A stretch of 23,594 bases of DNA from Planctomycetota bacterium (GTDB lineage Bacteria > Planctomycetota > UBA11346), in contig JBBQSO010000082.1 in the NCBI GenBank assembly GCA_038213805.1, forward strand, positions 1 to 23,594. The letters are read 5' to 3'. Positions 7,989-17,527 of the stretch are shown here, piece by piece. Under the pieces are notes generated by a model. That model saw only the letters and a list, made by a program, of their open reading frames with translations. It was not told the DNA's origin and made no database searches. Each line of letters begins with the position of its first letter. Position 1 is the first letter of the stretch. Both the position numbers and the translations under genes were made by a program.

Positions 7989-8490
7989 GGCCGGCGATTT
8001 CATCTATGGCGTCGGCGTCGGCTCTAATCTTGGCGACCGCCAGGCGCACCTCGCCGCAGCCGCCGCGTCGCTGGCAGCTAGCGGTCTGGCGCGCGTGGTA
8101 GCGCGCGCGACCGTGGTCGAGATCGCCGCGGTCGGCGGGCCAGCCGGGCAGGGGCCCTACCTCAATGGTGCCTGGCTGGTCGCGAGCGCTCTCGGCCCGC
8201 ACCAGCTGCTGCACCTGCTGCAGGGCATCGAATCCGCGCTCGGGCGGGTGCGCGCGGTGCGCTGGGGCGCGCGCAGCATCGATCTGGACCTGCTCCTGCG
8301 CAGCGACGGTGTGGTGGTCGCCAGCCCGGTCCTGACCCTGCCCCATCCCCGCCTGCATGAGCGGCCGTTCGTGCTCGGGCCGCTGGCGGAGATCGCCGGG
8401 GAATGGCGGCATCCGCTGCTGGGCGTATCCATCTCAGAACTCTGGGTGCGGAGTGCGGGGTGTGGAGTGCGGAGTGCCCTGGAATCGTGA
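7981..8490 (+). CDS. folK: 2-amino-4-hydroxy-6-hydroxymethyldihydropteridine diphosphokinase
   Basis: GVGSNLGDR, QGPYLNGA, LQGIESALGRVRAVRWGARSIDLDLL, LTLPHPRLHERPFVLGPLAEI. Confidence 0.96.
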   Translation: MAEAGDFIYGVGVGSNLGDRQAHLAAAAASLAASGLARVVARATVVEIAAVGGPAGQGPYLNGAWLVASALGPHQLLHLLQGIESALGRVRAVRWGARSIDLDLLLRSDGVVVASPVLTLPHPRLHERPFVLGPLAEIAGEWRHPLLGVSISELWVRSAGCGVRSALES

Positions 8491-8569
8491 GTCCGAGGTA
8501 TCGCCTGCCGTCCATCGCGGATGGCGTTGATTCTTGGCCCCACGCCTGCGCCGCACTCCGCACTCCGCA
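8444..8569. repeat. Inverted heptamer-array element (GAGTGCG/CGCACTC family) at folK 3' end
   Basis: Five GRGTGYS units at 8444-8478; CGCACTC x2+CGCA at 8552-8569; spacer stems GGAATCG/TGATTCT and GCCGTCC/GGATGGC. Confidence 0.85.
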
Positions 8570-8675
8570 GTAGCCGGCGCAGCCCAATGAGCACTAGGGC
8601 CTTGTGAGCCCACGCCCACCCACATCATGACCGCCCGGCTCCCGTCAGGCCTGGCTCTTTGCCTCTGAGGTTACG

Positions 8676-10139
8676 ATGTTCGAACACATCTCCGAACGCT
8701 TCGGTGCGATCTTCGACAAGCTGCGCTACGGCGGCAAGCTCACTGAAGACAACATCCGCGAGGGCCTGCGCGACGTGCGCCGCGCGCTGCTCGAGGCCGA
8801 CGTCAACGTCGGCGTGGTGCGCGACTTCATCGACCGGGTGACGGTCAAGGCGGTCGGCGAGGCGACCATCAATGGCGTCCAGCCCGGTCAGCAGGTGGTG
8901 CAGATCGTCCACGACGAGCTGATCGCGCTGATGGGCGAGGCCGATTCCGACATCCCCTACGCCAAGAGCGGTCCGACCGTGATCATGATGGCCGGCCTGC
9001 AGGGCGCCGGCAAGACCACCACCTGCGGCAAGCTCGCCAAGCTGCTGCTCGAGAACGGCAAGCGTCCGCTGCTGGTCGCCGCGGATTTGCAGCGCCCGGC
9101 CGCCATCGAACAGCTCAAGGTGCTCGGCCAGCAGATCGGCGTGCCGGTCTTCCACCAGATCGGGCTGAGCTCGCCCGACCTCTGCGCGAAGTCACTGGCC
9201 TTCGCCGCAGCGGACAATCGTGACGTGGTCATCCTCGACACCGCCGGACGCCTGCACGTCGACGATGAACTGATGGCCGAGGTCGCCCGGATCCACAGCC
9301 AGGCCAAGCCGCACCAGACCTACCTGGTGGTCGATGCGATGACCGGCCAGGACGCGGTCAACTCCGCCAAGGCCTTCAACGACCGCCTGCCGCTCGACGG
9401 CGTGATCTTCACCAAGCTCGATGGCGACGCGCGCGGCGGCGCCATCGTCAGCCTGCGCACCATCATCGGCAAGCCGATCAAGTTTGTCGGCGTTGGCGAG
9501 AAGCTCGACGCCCTGCAGCCGTTCTACCCCGACCGCATGGCGCGGCGCATCCTCGGCATGGGCGACATCCTGTCGTTCGTCGAGAAGGCCCAGTCGGTGG
9601 TCGACGAGAAGCAGGCCAAGAAGCTCGAGGAGCGCATCCTCAAGAACAAGTTCGACCTTGAGGACTTCCGCCAGCAGCTCGGCGCCATCCAGAAAATGGG
9701 CTCGATCAAGGACATCCTCGGTATGATCCCCGGCATCGGCGCGAAGTTCGCCGGGTTGAACGTCGACGAGAGCATCTTCCGCAAGTACGGCGCGATCATC
9801 AGCTCGATGACCGGCCCGGAGCGCGCCCGCCCCGACCTCATCGACATGAGCCGCCGCCGCCGCGTCGCGCACGGCTCGGGTACCACCACCAACGACGTCC
9901 AGGCGCTGCTCAAGCACTTCACCACCATGAAGAAGGTGATGGGCAAGTTCGGCGACGTGAAGGAACTGGCCGAGCGCCTGCCCGATCAGGACGAGCTCAC
10001 CCCCGAGCAGCTCGCCAACCCGCAGGCCTTCATGCCCAACCCCAACCGCCTGTTCGCCAAGCGCGAGGACAAGGACGCGCTGGAGCGCTATCGCAAGGAG
10101 CGCAAGAAGGCGAAGAAGGCGAAGAAGAAGCAGCGCTAG
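8676..10139 (+). CDS. ffh: Signal recognition particle protein Ffh
   Basis: ALLEADV, GLQGAGKTTT, DLQRPAA, DTAGR, TKLDGDARGG, RILGMGD, M-domain IISSMT..ER, RRRRVAHGSG. Confidence 0.98.
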   Translation: MFEHISERFGAIFDKLRYGGKLTEDNIREGLRDVRRALLEADVNVGVVRDFIDRVTVKAVGEATINGVQPGQQVVQIVHDELIALMGEADSDIPYAKSGPTVIMMAGLQGAGKTTTCGKLAKLLLENGKRPLLVAADLQRPAAIEQLKVLGQQIGVPVFHQIGLSSPDLCAKSLAFAAADNRDVVILDTAGRLHVDDELMAEVARIHSQAKPHQTYLVVDAMTGQDAVNSAKAFNDRLPLDGVIFTKLDGDARGGAIVSLRTIIGKPIKFVGVGEKLDALQPFYPDRMARRILGMGDILSFVEKAQSVVDEKQAKKLEERILKNKFDLEDFRQQLGAIQKMGSIKDILGMIPGIGAKFAGLNVDESIFRKYGAIISSMTGPERARPDLIDMSRRRRVAHGSGTTTNDVQALLKHFTTMKKVMGKFGDVKELAERLPDQDELTPEQLANPQAFMPNPNRLFAKREDKDALERYRKERKKAKKAKKKQR

Positions 10140-10146
10140 CGCGCCA

Positions 10147-10546
10147 GCTGTTGGCTGATCGATCGATTCTCCGGGTCGGGCGTTGTCCAAGCGCTGGGAA
10201 TTCCATGGCGCCTGAACGCATGTCGCGAGCGCCAACGGCACGGCCCCGATTTTCAGCCCAGGGCGACGCCCTGCTCATTACCCACAACAATTGGTTCTTC
10301 GGCGTGATCAGTGGGTGAATTCAGGGCACAGTGAGGCCGCTGACCGGCTTTCTCCTCCATGCCTTCCCTCCATCTCTCTGTGTCTCCATGTCGATTCCTC
10401 TTCGTGAGGTCTTCCGCAGCAGGATCGACATGGCCATGCGCAGCAGGCAGAAGGTCTGATCCGGAGCAAGCCACACGTCGCCAGGAATGAGAGAATCCGG
10501 CGTCTGGCGCCGGATTCTCCATCAGCCATCAGCCATCAGCCATCAG
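10147..10546. repeat. Intergenic hairpin cluster bounded by inverted CTGATGG/CCATCAG heptamer arrays
   Basis: GCTGTTGGCTGAT at 10147-10159; (CCATCAG)x4 at 10519-10546; internal stems at 10259-10273, 10277-10320, 10386-10433, 10491-10519. Confidence 0.7.
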
Positions 10547-10547
10547 C

Positions 10548-11477
10548 CTACTTCAACAGCAGATCCTTGGCATTCACGCCCCACCATGCGAAGCCACGCT
10601 CGATCGCCGCCTGGCGCTTGAGCTGGTCGGCGCGGGGGTCGAAGCCGAAGTTCTGGCCGCTGAGGATGGTCAGGCAGCGTGCCAGGTGGGCGCCGGCGAC
10701 GTTGGCCTCGAGGGCCATGAGCAGTACCGGGATCGCCGGCTTGTAATCGAGCTTCACCAGCGCCTCGGCAGCGTAGCGGCGCACGCCGTCATCGCCGTCG
10801 CTGAGCGCGTCGGTCAGGACCTGTGCCTGGGTCTTGTCGCCCAGGTTCCCCAGGCCGATCGCGCACATGCGGCGGATGTGCGCGGGGTGGTCGCTGGCCA
10901 GGCCCTTGGCCAGGATCGGCGCAGCCTCGGCGATGGCGAGGGTGCCAAGGTCGGTGCGCGCGCTGGCGCGCAGCGGCGCGGAAACGTCATCACTGCGCGA
11001 CTTGTAGTCGTTAGCGTCGACCGCCTTGACGCGCGTCAGCACGTTGAGCGCGGTGACGCGCACGGTGGCGTCACCGTTCTTCAGCAGGCTGCGCAGCATC
11101 GGCAGCGCGTTCTCGGCGCCCTGGCTGCTTATCGCCTGCATCGCCGCGCACAGCACCTCAGGACTATTGGTCGAGGCCTGCATCTTCGGCATCAGGTAAG
11201 GGGTCGCCGCCGGATCGTGCAAGGCGCCGAGGGCGCGGATGGCGTCGATCACGGTGCCCTGGTCCTTGTCGCCGAGCAAGTCGACCAGGCGCTCGAAGTG
11301 CTGCTGGTAGAAGAGATCGGCGACGCGCGCCGCAGCCAGGATGTGATCGTCGTCGATGTGGGTCGCGGCATCGGCAGCCGGAACAGCGGCGGCCTCATCG
11401 GCGGCGCGCAGCGGCAGGGCGAGGCCGCCCGCGAGGGCGAGGACACCGGCGGCGTGGATCAGGATGCGGCTGGTCAT
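10548..11477 (-). CDS. Exported HEAT-repeat (PBS-lyase-like) protein
   Basis: Signal-peptide-like N-terminus (MTSRILIHAAGVLALAGGLALPLRA-AD); repeats such as LTDALSDGDDGVRRYAAEALVKL, LLKNGDATVRVTALNVL. Confidence 0.85.
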   Translation of the reverse strand: MTSRILIHAAGVLALAGGLALPLRAADEAAAVPAADAATHIDDDHILAAARVADLFYQQHFERLVDLLGDKDQGTVIDAIRALGALHDPAATPYLMPKMQASTNSPEVLCAAMQAISSQGAENALPMLRSLLKNGDATVRVTALNVLTRVKAVDANDYKSRSDDVSAPLRASARTDLGTLAIAEAAPILAKGLASDHPAHIRRMCAIGLGNLGDKTQAQVLTDALSDGDDGVRRYAAEALVKLDYKPAIPVLLMALEANVAGAHLARCLTILSGQNFGFDPRADQLKRQAAIERGFAWWGVNAKDLLLK

Positions 11478-11635
11478 GGCGGCCACCTTGGCGTCCCGCC
11501 GTGCCGATGCCACGGCCCTCCGTGGGGCTGGACGGGGGGGTGGGGAAGGTGTGTCAGTATGGCCGGGTGGTTGCGGGCGACTCATGTTGGGACGTCGCGT
11601 CCTGATCCATGTACGGGGTTCCACCGTCCCGGCGC

Positions 11636-13366
11636 TCAGCTCCCGCGTGCCACAAGCTCGTGCCGCGCATCACGGCGCGGGATGGTGACCTTGAATGCGG
11701 TGCCGGCCGGGGAACTGGCCATGGTCACCGTGCCCCCCAGCACATCGGTCAGCTGGCGCACGATCGCCAGACCCAGGCCGGTGCCGCCGGTCTGGCGGCT
11801 GCGGTGGGCGTCGACGCGGTAGAAGCGGTCGAAGACGTGCGCCTGGTGTTCGGCAGGGATGCCGATGCCGGTGTCGGTTACGGTGATGACCACGCCAGCG
11901 TCGCCCGCTTCGGCGAACTGCAGGGTCACGGTGCCGCCAACACGGTTGTAGCGGATGGCGTTGGAGACCAGGTTGCCGACCAGCTGGCGCACCAGTTCCG
12001 CGTCGGTCATCGCCGGCAGCTGCGCCGGCGCGACCAGTTCGAGGCGCACCTGGGCGCGGCCGGCGGCCGGGGTGAACTCGTCGATCAACGCCTGGCCGAG
12101 GCGCGCCAGATCGAGGTCGGCGGGCTGCACCTGCCAAGCGCCCTGCTCGAGCCGCGACAGGGTCAACACGTCGCGCACCAGGGTGGCGAGGCGGTCGGCG
12201 TGGGCGGCGACCTTGCCGAGGAACTCGCGGGCGATCACCGGGTCCTCCTCCAGCACGCCGTCGAGCAGGGTCTCGGTGAAGCCCGAGATCGCGGTCAGCG
12301 GCGTCTTGAGTTCGTGGCTGACCGCGGCGATGAAGTCGCGGCGCGCGCCCTCGAGGCGCTTCAGCTCGGTGAAGTCGTGGAGGATGATGACGCGCACGCC
12401 GTGACCGCCGGAGGTCACCAGCGCGCGCAGCTGGCGCCGGCGGTGCTCGAGCTCGCTCTCGCTGCCCGGGGCGGTGGCGCCCGCGCCGGTCAGCACCGGC
12501 AGGTGCTCGTAATAGGCCTGGCCGATGACGTCGGCGCCGCCCGCGGCCATCTGGCGGTAGGCGGGATTGGCGTAGAGCACGCGGTCGAGCTCGTCGATGC
12601 AGGCTACGCCCTCGTTGAGAGCGCCGAGTGCGCCGTCGAGCAGGAAGCGCTGGCGCGCGATCTCCTCGCGGTTGGCCTGCAGGCGCACGCCCAGCGCGTT
12701 GAGCTCGTGGCCGAGGTGGGCGAGAGTATCGCCGCCAAGCAGCCCCGCGCGGCGCGAGAGGTCGCCGGCGCCGTAGGCGCGCGACACCCCCACCAGCTCG
12801 GCGACGCGCGTGCGATCGCGCCACAGGTGCAGGCCGATCACCACCCCGGCCATCGCGATGACCAGCACCGCGGCGACGGCCATGGGCTTGCTGAGGCGCT
12901 GCTCCAGGCCCTCTTCGAAGGCGATCGGCGCGGCGACGCGCACCACCCGGCCGTCGGGCAGCAGCCGCGCGGCGTAGATGAACGGGCTGTTGACGCTGTC
13001 GCTGAAGCGCCGCTTCACGCCGGCGCCCTCGCTGCGCGCCTGAACGACCTCGGGCCGACCGTTGTGGTTGTCGAGCAGCTCGACGCGCGCCTGCGAGTCG
13101 TACAGGACGCGGCCGTCCGGCGCGATCAGGGTCAGCCGCCGGCTGCGCTCGAGCTTCAGCCCGGCGAGGTGCGCATCGGTCGAGGCCGCCACGAAGCCGG
13201 CGGCGAGGTCGGCCTCGGCCAGGACCTCGACCGCGAGGGTCTCTTCGACGGTGCGCGTCACGGCCCGATACTGGTAGGCGAGCGCAGCCCAGATCACCGC
13301 GGCCAGGATGCCCCCACCCAGCACCCACCAGCGCGCCCCCAGCAGCACTTCGCGCAGCAGGTTCAT
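11636..13366 (-). CDS. phoR: Phosphate regulon sensor histidine kinase
   Basis: Two TM segments, HAMP/PAS-like linker, H-box VSHELKTPLTAISGFTETLL, NLVSNAIRY, DTGIGI, FDRFYRVD..RSRQTGGTGLGL; follows phoB; alternative GTG start at 13432. Confidence 0.9.
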   Translation of the reverse strand: MNLLREVLLGARWWVLGGGILAAVIWAALAYQYRAVTRTVEETLAVEVLAEADLAAGFVAASTDAHLAGLKLERSRRLTLIAPDGRVLYDSQARVELLDNHNGRPEVVQARSEGAGVKRRFSDSVNSPFIYAARLLPDGRVVRVAAPIAFEEGLEQRLSKPMAVAAVLVIAMAGVVIGLHLWRDRTRVAELVGVSRAYGAGDLSRRAGLLGGDTLAHLGHELNALGVRLQANREEIARQRFLLDGALGALNEGVACIDELDRVLYANPAYRQMAAGGADVIGQAYYEHLPVLTGAGATAPGSESELEHRRRQLRALVTSGGHGVRVIILHDFTELKRLEGARRDFIAAVSHELKTPLTAISGFTETLLDGVLEEDPVIAREFLGKVAAHADRLATLVRDVLTLSRLEQGAWQVQPADLDLARLGQALIDEFTPAAGRAQVRLELVAPAQLPAMTDAELVRQLVGNLVSNAIRYNRVGGTVTLQFAEAGDAGVVITVTDTGIGIPAEHQAHVFDRFYRVDAHRSRQTGGTGLGLAIVRQLTDVLGGTVTMASSPAGTAFKVTIPRRDARHELVARGS

Positions 13367-13447
13367 GGGCGGCGGGGACGCCGGGCCTGCGGTCGGCCGC
13401 CGCGGGCGCCGCAGGAAGCTCTCGGTGACCACGCGGCCGAGGTCCGC

Positions 13448-14137
13448 TCAGCCGGTTTCGGTGAAGCGGTAGCCGACGCCGCGCACGGTCTCGATGTAGT
13501 GGTCGTAGGGCCGGATCTTGCTGCGCAGGTTGCGGACGTGCACGTCGATGGTGCGGTCGGTGACCACGGCTTCGCCATCGCCGAGGCGGTCGAGGAGGTC
13601 GTAGCGGCCATAGGCGATGCCAGGATGCGAGGCCAGGAAGTGGAGCAACTTGAATTCGGTCAGCGTGACCGGGGCGATCTCCTCGCCGACGATCACCTGA
13701 TGGCGGATGGGATCGATGACCAGCTTGTCGATCTGCAGGCGCTTGCGCTGGGCGCTCGATTCCTCGTCGCGGTGGCGGCTGAGGCGGACCTTAATGCGCG
13801 CGAGCAGCTCCTTGATGCGGAAGGGCTTGGTCACGTAATCGTCGGCACCCAGGCCGAGGCCCAGCACCACGTCGCTCTCCTCGCCCTTGGCGGTGACCAT
13901 GATGATGGGGATGGCGCTCAGGCCGCTGTCGGCGCGCATGATGCGGCACACCTCCAGGCCGTCGCGGTCCGGCAGCATGAGGTCGAGCAGCACCAGGTCG
14001 AAGGGGTGCCGACGCAGCTCGTGCAGGCCATCGTTGCCGTTGCCGGCGACCATTACCGTGTGGCCCTCACGTTCGAGGTTGAAGCGCAGCAGAGTCTGGA
14101 TGTCGGATTCGTCCTCGATGACCAGGATGCGGGACAT
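13448..14137 (-). CDS. phoB: Phosphate regulon response regulator (OmpR/PhoB family)
   Basis: ILVIEDE, LLDLMLP, MVTAKGEESD, GADDYVTKPF, RTIDVHVRNLRSK, IETVRGVGY; lies in pst-phoU locus. Confidence 0.92.
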   Translation of the reverse strand: MSRILVIEDESDIQTLLRFNLEREGHTVMVAGNGNDGLHELRRHPFDLVLLDLMLPDRDGLEVCRIMRADSGLSAIPIIMVTAKGEESDVVLGLGLGADDYVTKPFRIKELLARIKVRLSRHRDEESSAQRKRLQIDKLVIDPIRHQVIVGEEIAPVTLTEFKLLHFLASHPGIAYGRYDLLDRLGDGEAVVTDRTIDVHVRNLRSKIRPYDHYIETVRGVGYRFTETG

Positions 14138-14246
14138 GGGGCTCCTCGGGGAGGTGGATGCCGCGTGGCGCGGGGCATGGTCGGTGGTGCTGATCATGGG
14201 GTGCATCCGTGCGGGGAAAGCGGCGCCATCGTGGCCCCGCGGTAGG

Positions 14247-14924
14247 TCAGGTCTGGTCGAGCGAGTCGTGGTGGTGGCGGATGTTGGTGCCGCGGTGGAT
14301 GTACACGGTCTCTTCGGCGATCGACACCGCGATGTCGCCGATGTGCTCAAGCAGCGAGGCCGCGCGCAGCAGGTGGGTGTACTCGCGGATCTTCTCAGGC
14401 TGTTCCTGCATCGCGACCTGGATGCGCTCGTAGCACTGCTTGGTCAGGTCGTCCGCACTGTCCTCGTCGGTGAGCACACCGCGCGCCAGGTTGAGGTTGC
14501 CGGTGACGAACGATTCCATGCTGTGGTGGACCATGCTGACCGCGAGGTGGCCGAGCACAGCGAGCGCCTCGGGATTCTCGACGCGGTGGTTGCGGGCGAT
14601 GTACGAGGCGCGCTTGGCGATGCTTTCGGCGAGATCACCGACCTGTTCCAGGTCCGAGGTGATGCGCATCGCCGAGATCACCAGGCGCAGCTCGCCGGCC
14701 ATCGGCTGCTGCAGGGCGATGATGGTGTGGCAGCGGTCCTCGATCACCGTCTCAAGGATATCGACCTGCTCCTCGAGGATGCGGCACTGCTCGCGGCCCT
14801 CGACGTTGGCCTTGAGGATCGACTCCACGGCGATGGTCAGCGAGCGCTCGACCAGGTTGCCCATGGTCACGAGCGAGCGCTTGAGCTCGGCGAGCTCGAG
14901 GTCGAAATGGCGGATCTGGTTCAT
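14247..14924 (-). CDS. phoU: Phosphate signalling complex protein PhoU
   Basis: IALQQPMAGELR, SDLEQVGDLAESIA, LEHIGDIAVSIAE. Confidence 0.96.
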   Translation of the reverse strand: MNQIRHFDLELAELKRSLVTMGNLVERSLTIAVESILKANVEGREQCRILEEQVDILETVIEDRCHTIIALQQPMAGELRLVISAMRITSDLEQVGDLAESIAKRASYIARNHRVENPEALAVLGHLAVSMVHHSMESFVTGNLNLARGVLTDEDSADDLTKQCYERIQVAMQEQPEKIREYTHLLRAASLLEHIGDIAVSIAEETVYIHRGTNIRHHHDSLDQT

Positions 14925-14988
14925 GATGTCCTCGGACGGGTCACGGCGGGAAGGGCGGGGCAGGAAATGGCAGGGCTGCGGCGGCAGG

Positions 14989-15840
14989 TTAGCCGAAGCG
15001 GCCGGTGATGTAATCCTCGGTCTGCTTCTGCTTGGGGTTGGTGAAGATCGACACCGTGGTGTCGTACTCGATGAGCTTGCCCAGGTAGAAGAACGCGGTG
15101 CGGTCGGAGCAGCGTCCGGCCTGCTGCATGTTGTGGGTGACGATCACCACCGTGTACTGCTTCTTCAGGTCGAGGATCAGCTCCTCGATCTTGACCGTCG
15201 CGAGCGGATCGAGCGCGGAGCACGGCTCGTCCATGAGCAGCACCTCGGGGCGCACCGCGGTGGCGCGGGCGATGCACAGACGCTGCATCTGGCCGCCGGA
15301 CAGGCCGAGCGCGCTCTTGCCCAAACGATCTTTGACCTCGTCCCACAGCGCCGCTGAACGCAGCGCGGTCTCGCAGGCCTCGTCGAGCACGCGCTTGTCC
15401 GTGACCCCGGCCACGCGCAGCCCGTAGACCACGTTCTCGTAGATCGACTTGGGGAAGGGGTTGGACTTCTGGAAGACCATGCCGATGCGCTTGCGCAAGG
15501 AGGTCACTTCCAGGTGCGGGTCGTAGATGGTGCGCTTGTTGATGGTGATGTCGCCGGCGTGGCGGATGCCGTCGACCAGGTCGTTCATGCGGTTGAAGTT
15601 GCGCAGCAGCGTCGACTTGCCGCAGCCCGACGGGCCGATGAAGGCGGTCACCTGGCGCTCGGGGATGGCCATGGTGATGCCGAACAGCACCTGGTGACTG
15701 CCGTAGTAGAAGTCGTAATCAGTGATGTTGATGTAGGCGGGGTTGGGCGCCCCTGGCGCATCAGCCGGGGTGGGCTGCGCGGGCTGCACGCCGGTCGTCG
15801 GATGGGGGGTCTGGATGGGGTTGTTCATGAGTGTCGTCAT
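14989..15840 (-). CDS. pstB: Phosphate ABC transporter ATP-binding protein
   Basis: [55 protein letters not shown]. Confidence 0.98.
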   Translation of the reverse strand: MTTLMNNPIQTPHPTTGVQPAQPTPADAPGAPNPAYINITDYDFYYGSHQVLFGITMAIPERQVTAFIGPSGCGKSTLLRNFNRMNDLVDGIRHAGDITINKRTIYDPHLEVTSLRKRIGMVFQKSNPFPKSIYENVVYGLRVAGVTDKRVLDEACETALRSAALWDEVKDRLGKSALGLSGGQMQRLCIARATAVRPEVLLMDEPCSALDPLATVKIEELILDLKKQYTVVIVTHNMQQAGRCSDRTAFFYLGKLIEYDTTVSIFTNPKQKQTEDYITGRFG

Positions 15841-15843
15841 GGT

Positions 15844-17526
15844 TCAGAACGTCGCGGTGGCGAGTCTCCTGCGCAGCTTGTCGCGCAGCAGGATCGCGCC
15901 CAGGTTAAGAGCCACGACCAGGGCGATGAGGAACAGGGTGGTGGCGAAGACCATCGGCTTGGCCGCCTCGGAATCAGGGGACTGGAAGCCAAGGTCGTAG
16001 ATGTAAAAGCCGAGGTGCATGAACTTCTGGTCGGTGTGCAGCCCGGGAATGAGGTCACCCACCTTCCACGATGCGTCGATGGGCAGGCTGGGGGCGAGCT
16101 TGACCACGCCGACCATCATCAGCGGCGCGACCTCGCCGGCGCCGCGCGCCATGGCCAGGATCAGGCCGGTGAGGATGCCGGGCACCGAGGCCGGCAGCAC
16201 CACGCGCTGGATGGTCTGCCACTTCGACGCGCCGCAGGCCAGGCTGCCCTCCTTGGCCCCGCGCGGCACTGCGGCGATCGCCTCCTCGGTGGCGACGATC
16301 ACCACCGGCACCGTCATCAGCGCCAGAGTCAGGGCCGCCCACAGGATGCCGCCGGTGCCGTAGGTGAGGTTGCCATCGTAGAATAGGCGGTCGACGCTGC
16401 CGCCGACGATGTAGACGAAGAAGCCCAGGCCGAACACCCCGAACACGATCGAGGGCACGCCGGCGAGGTTGTTGACCGCGATCCGCACGGTGCGCACCAT
16501 CAAGCCCTGGCGGGCGTACTCGCGCAGGTAGATGGCCGCGACCACGCCGAAGGGGGTAACCACGATGCTCATCATCACGGTCATCACCAGAGTGCCGAAG
16601 ATGGCGGGAAAGATGACACCTTCGGTGTTGGCCTCGCGCGGGTTGTCCCACACGAAGCGCGCCATGCGCGTGGCGAAGACCCCGCAGCGGCCGGCCAGGC
16701 CGAGTTGGTTCGGCCACGTCGCACCGAGGACGTCCTTGAACTGGATACGCTTCTCCTCGCCGGTGAACAGGCGGATCACCAGCTGGCTGCCGAGCATGGT
16801 CGCGGCCTTCGCCTGGGCCTGGGCGTTGAGCTCGGTGGATTCGCTGCGCAGCCGGGTGATCTCCGCGGCGATCGACGCCAGCTTCGCCTGGTCGGGTTCG
16901 CCGCGCTTCTGCAGGCTCCGCAGCCGCGTGTCGAGGTCGCTGAGGCGCTGGGAATTGACCGCGAGCGGCCCGTTCTTGATCGCCAGCACCGCGGCGCGGT
17001 TGGCCGCGGCCGCGACGATGAGCTGGTCGAGCCGTGCGTGGAAGCCCGGATCGCTGGCGGGCACGGGCGCCTCGCCCTTGGGTCGCAGCGCCACCGGCAG
17101 GCCGATGGCGTTGCCGCCCGTGGTGCGCTCGATGACCAGGGCGTCGTCCGGCTCGCGGCTGGACGTCACCGCCGAGACGTCGACGTAGCGGAAGGGCAGG
17201 CCGTAGGCGTCCTTGTTGCCGGTGTAGATCTGGATCTCCTCGCTGGTGACCCCGGCGGCGTTGCCGGCCTTGGCCTTGCGGCTGACCAGTTCGCCGCCCA
17301 CGGTCACCGACTTGCCGCCATCGACGATGGTGAACTCGCTGATGTGCTTCGGCCAGAACACGCCCAGGCCGTAGCTGGCGACCACCCCGAGCAGCAGCAC
17401 CACCATGCCCAGGGCGATGGTCAGGCCCATGGCGGTCAGCCACACCAAGCCTTCGCCCTTGATCCGCGGTCTGACCGGGGCTCGTGCCGGCGCAGCGGCG
17501 TCCGGTTGGGTCGTGGTCGCTGTCAT
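15844..17526 (-). CDS. pstA: Phosphate ABC transporter permease PstA (long form)
   Basis: PREANTEG.IFPAIFGT, NNLAGVPSIVFGVFGLG, EGSLACGASKWQT, ARGAGEVAPL. Confidence 0.95.
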   Translation of the reverse strand: MTATTTQPDAAAPARAPVRPRIKGEGLVWLTAMGLTIALGMVVLLLGVVASYGLGVFWPKHISEFTIVDGGKSVTVGGELVSRKAKAGNAAGVTSEEIQIYTGNKDAYGLPFRYVDVSAVTSSREPDDALVIERTTGGNAIGLPVALRPKGEAPVPASDPGFHARLDQLIVAAAANRAAVLAIKNGPLAVNSQRLSDLDTRLRSLQKRGEPDQAKLASIAAEITRLRSESTELNAQAQAKAATMLGSQLVIRLFTGEEKRIQFKDVLGATWPNQLGLAGRCGVFATRMARFVWDNPREANTEGVIFPAIFGTLVMTVMMSIVVTPFGVVAAIYLREYARQGLMVRTVRIAVNNLAGVPSIVFGVFGLGFFVYIVGGSVDRLFYDGNLTYGTGGILWAALTLALMTVPVVIVATEEAIAAVPRGAKEGSLACGASKWQTIQRVVLPASVPGILTGLILAMARGAGEVAPLMMVGVVKLAPSLPIDASWKVGDLIPGLHTDQKFMHLGFYIYDLGFQSPDSEAAKPMVFATTLFLIALVVALNLGAILLRDKLRRRLATATF

Positions 17527-17527
17527 G

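Noticed and set aside
10140..10547. tmRNA, RNase P RNA, tRNA or small CDS in the ffh downstream gap
   Set aside because: No GAGGAAAGTCC, tRNA-like ends or T-loop found; short ORFs there are repeat-derived and lack motifs.
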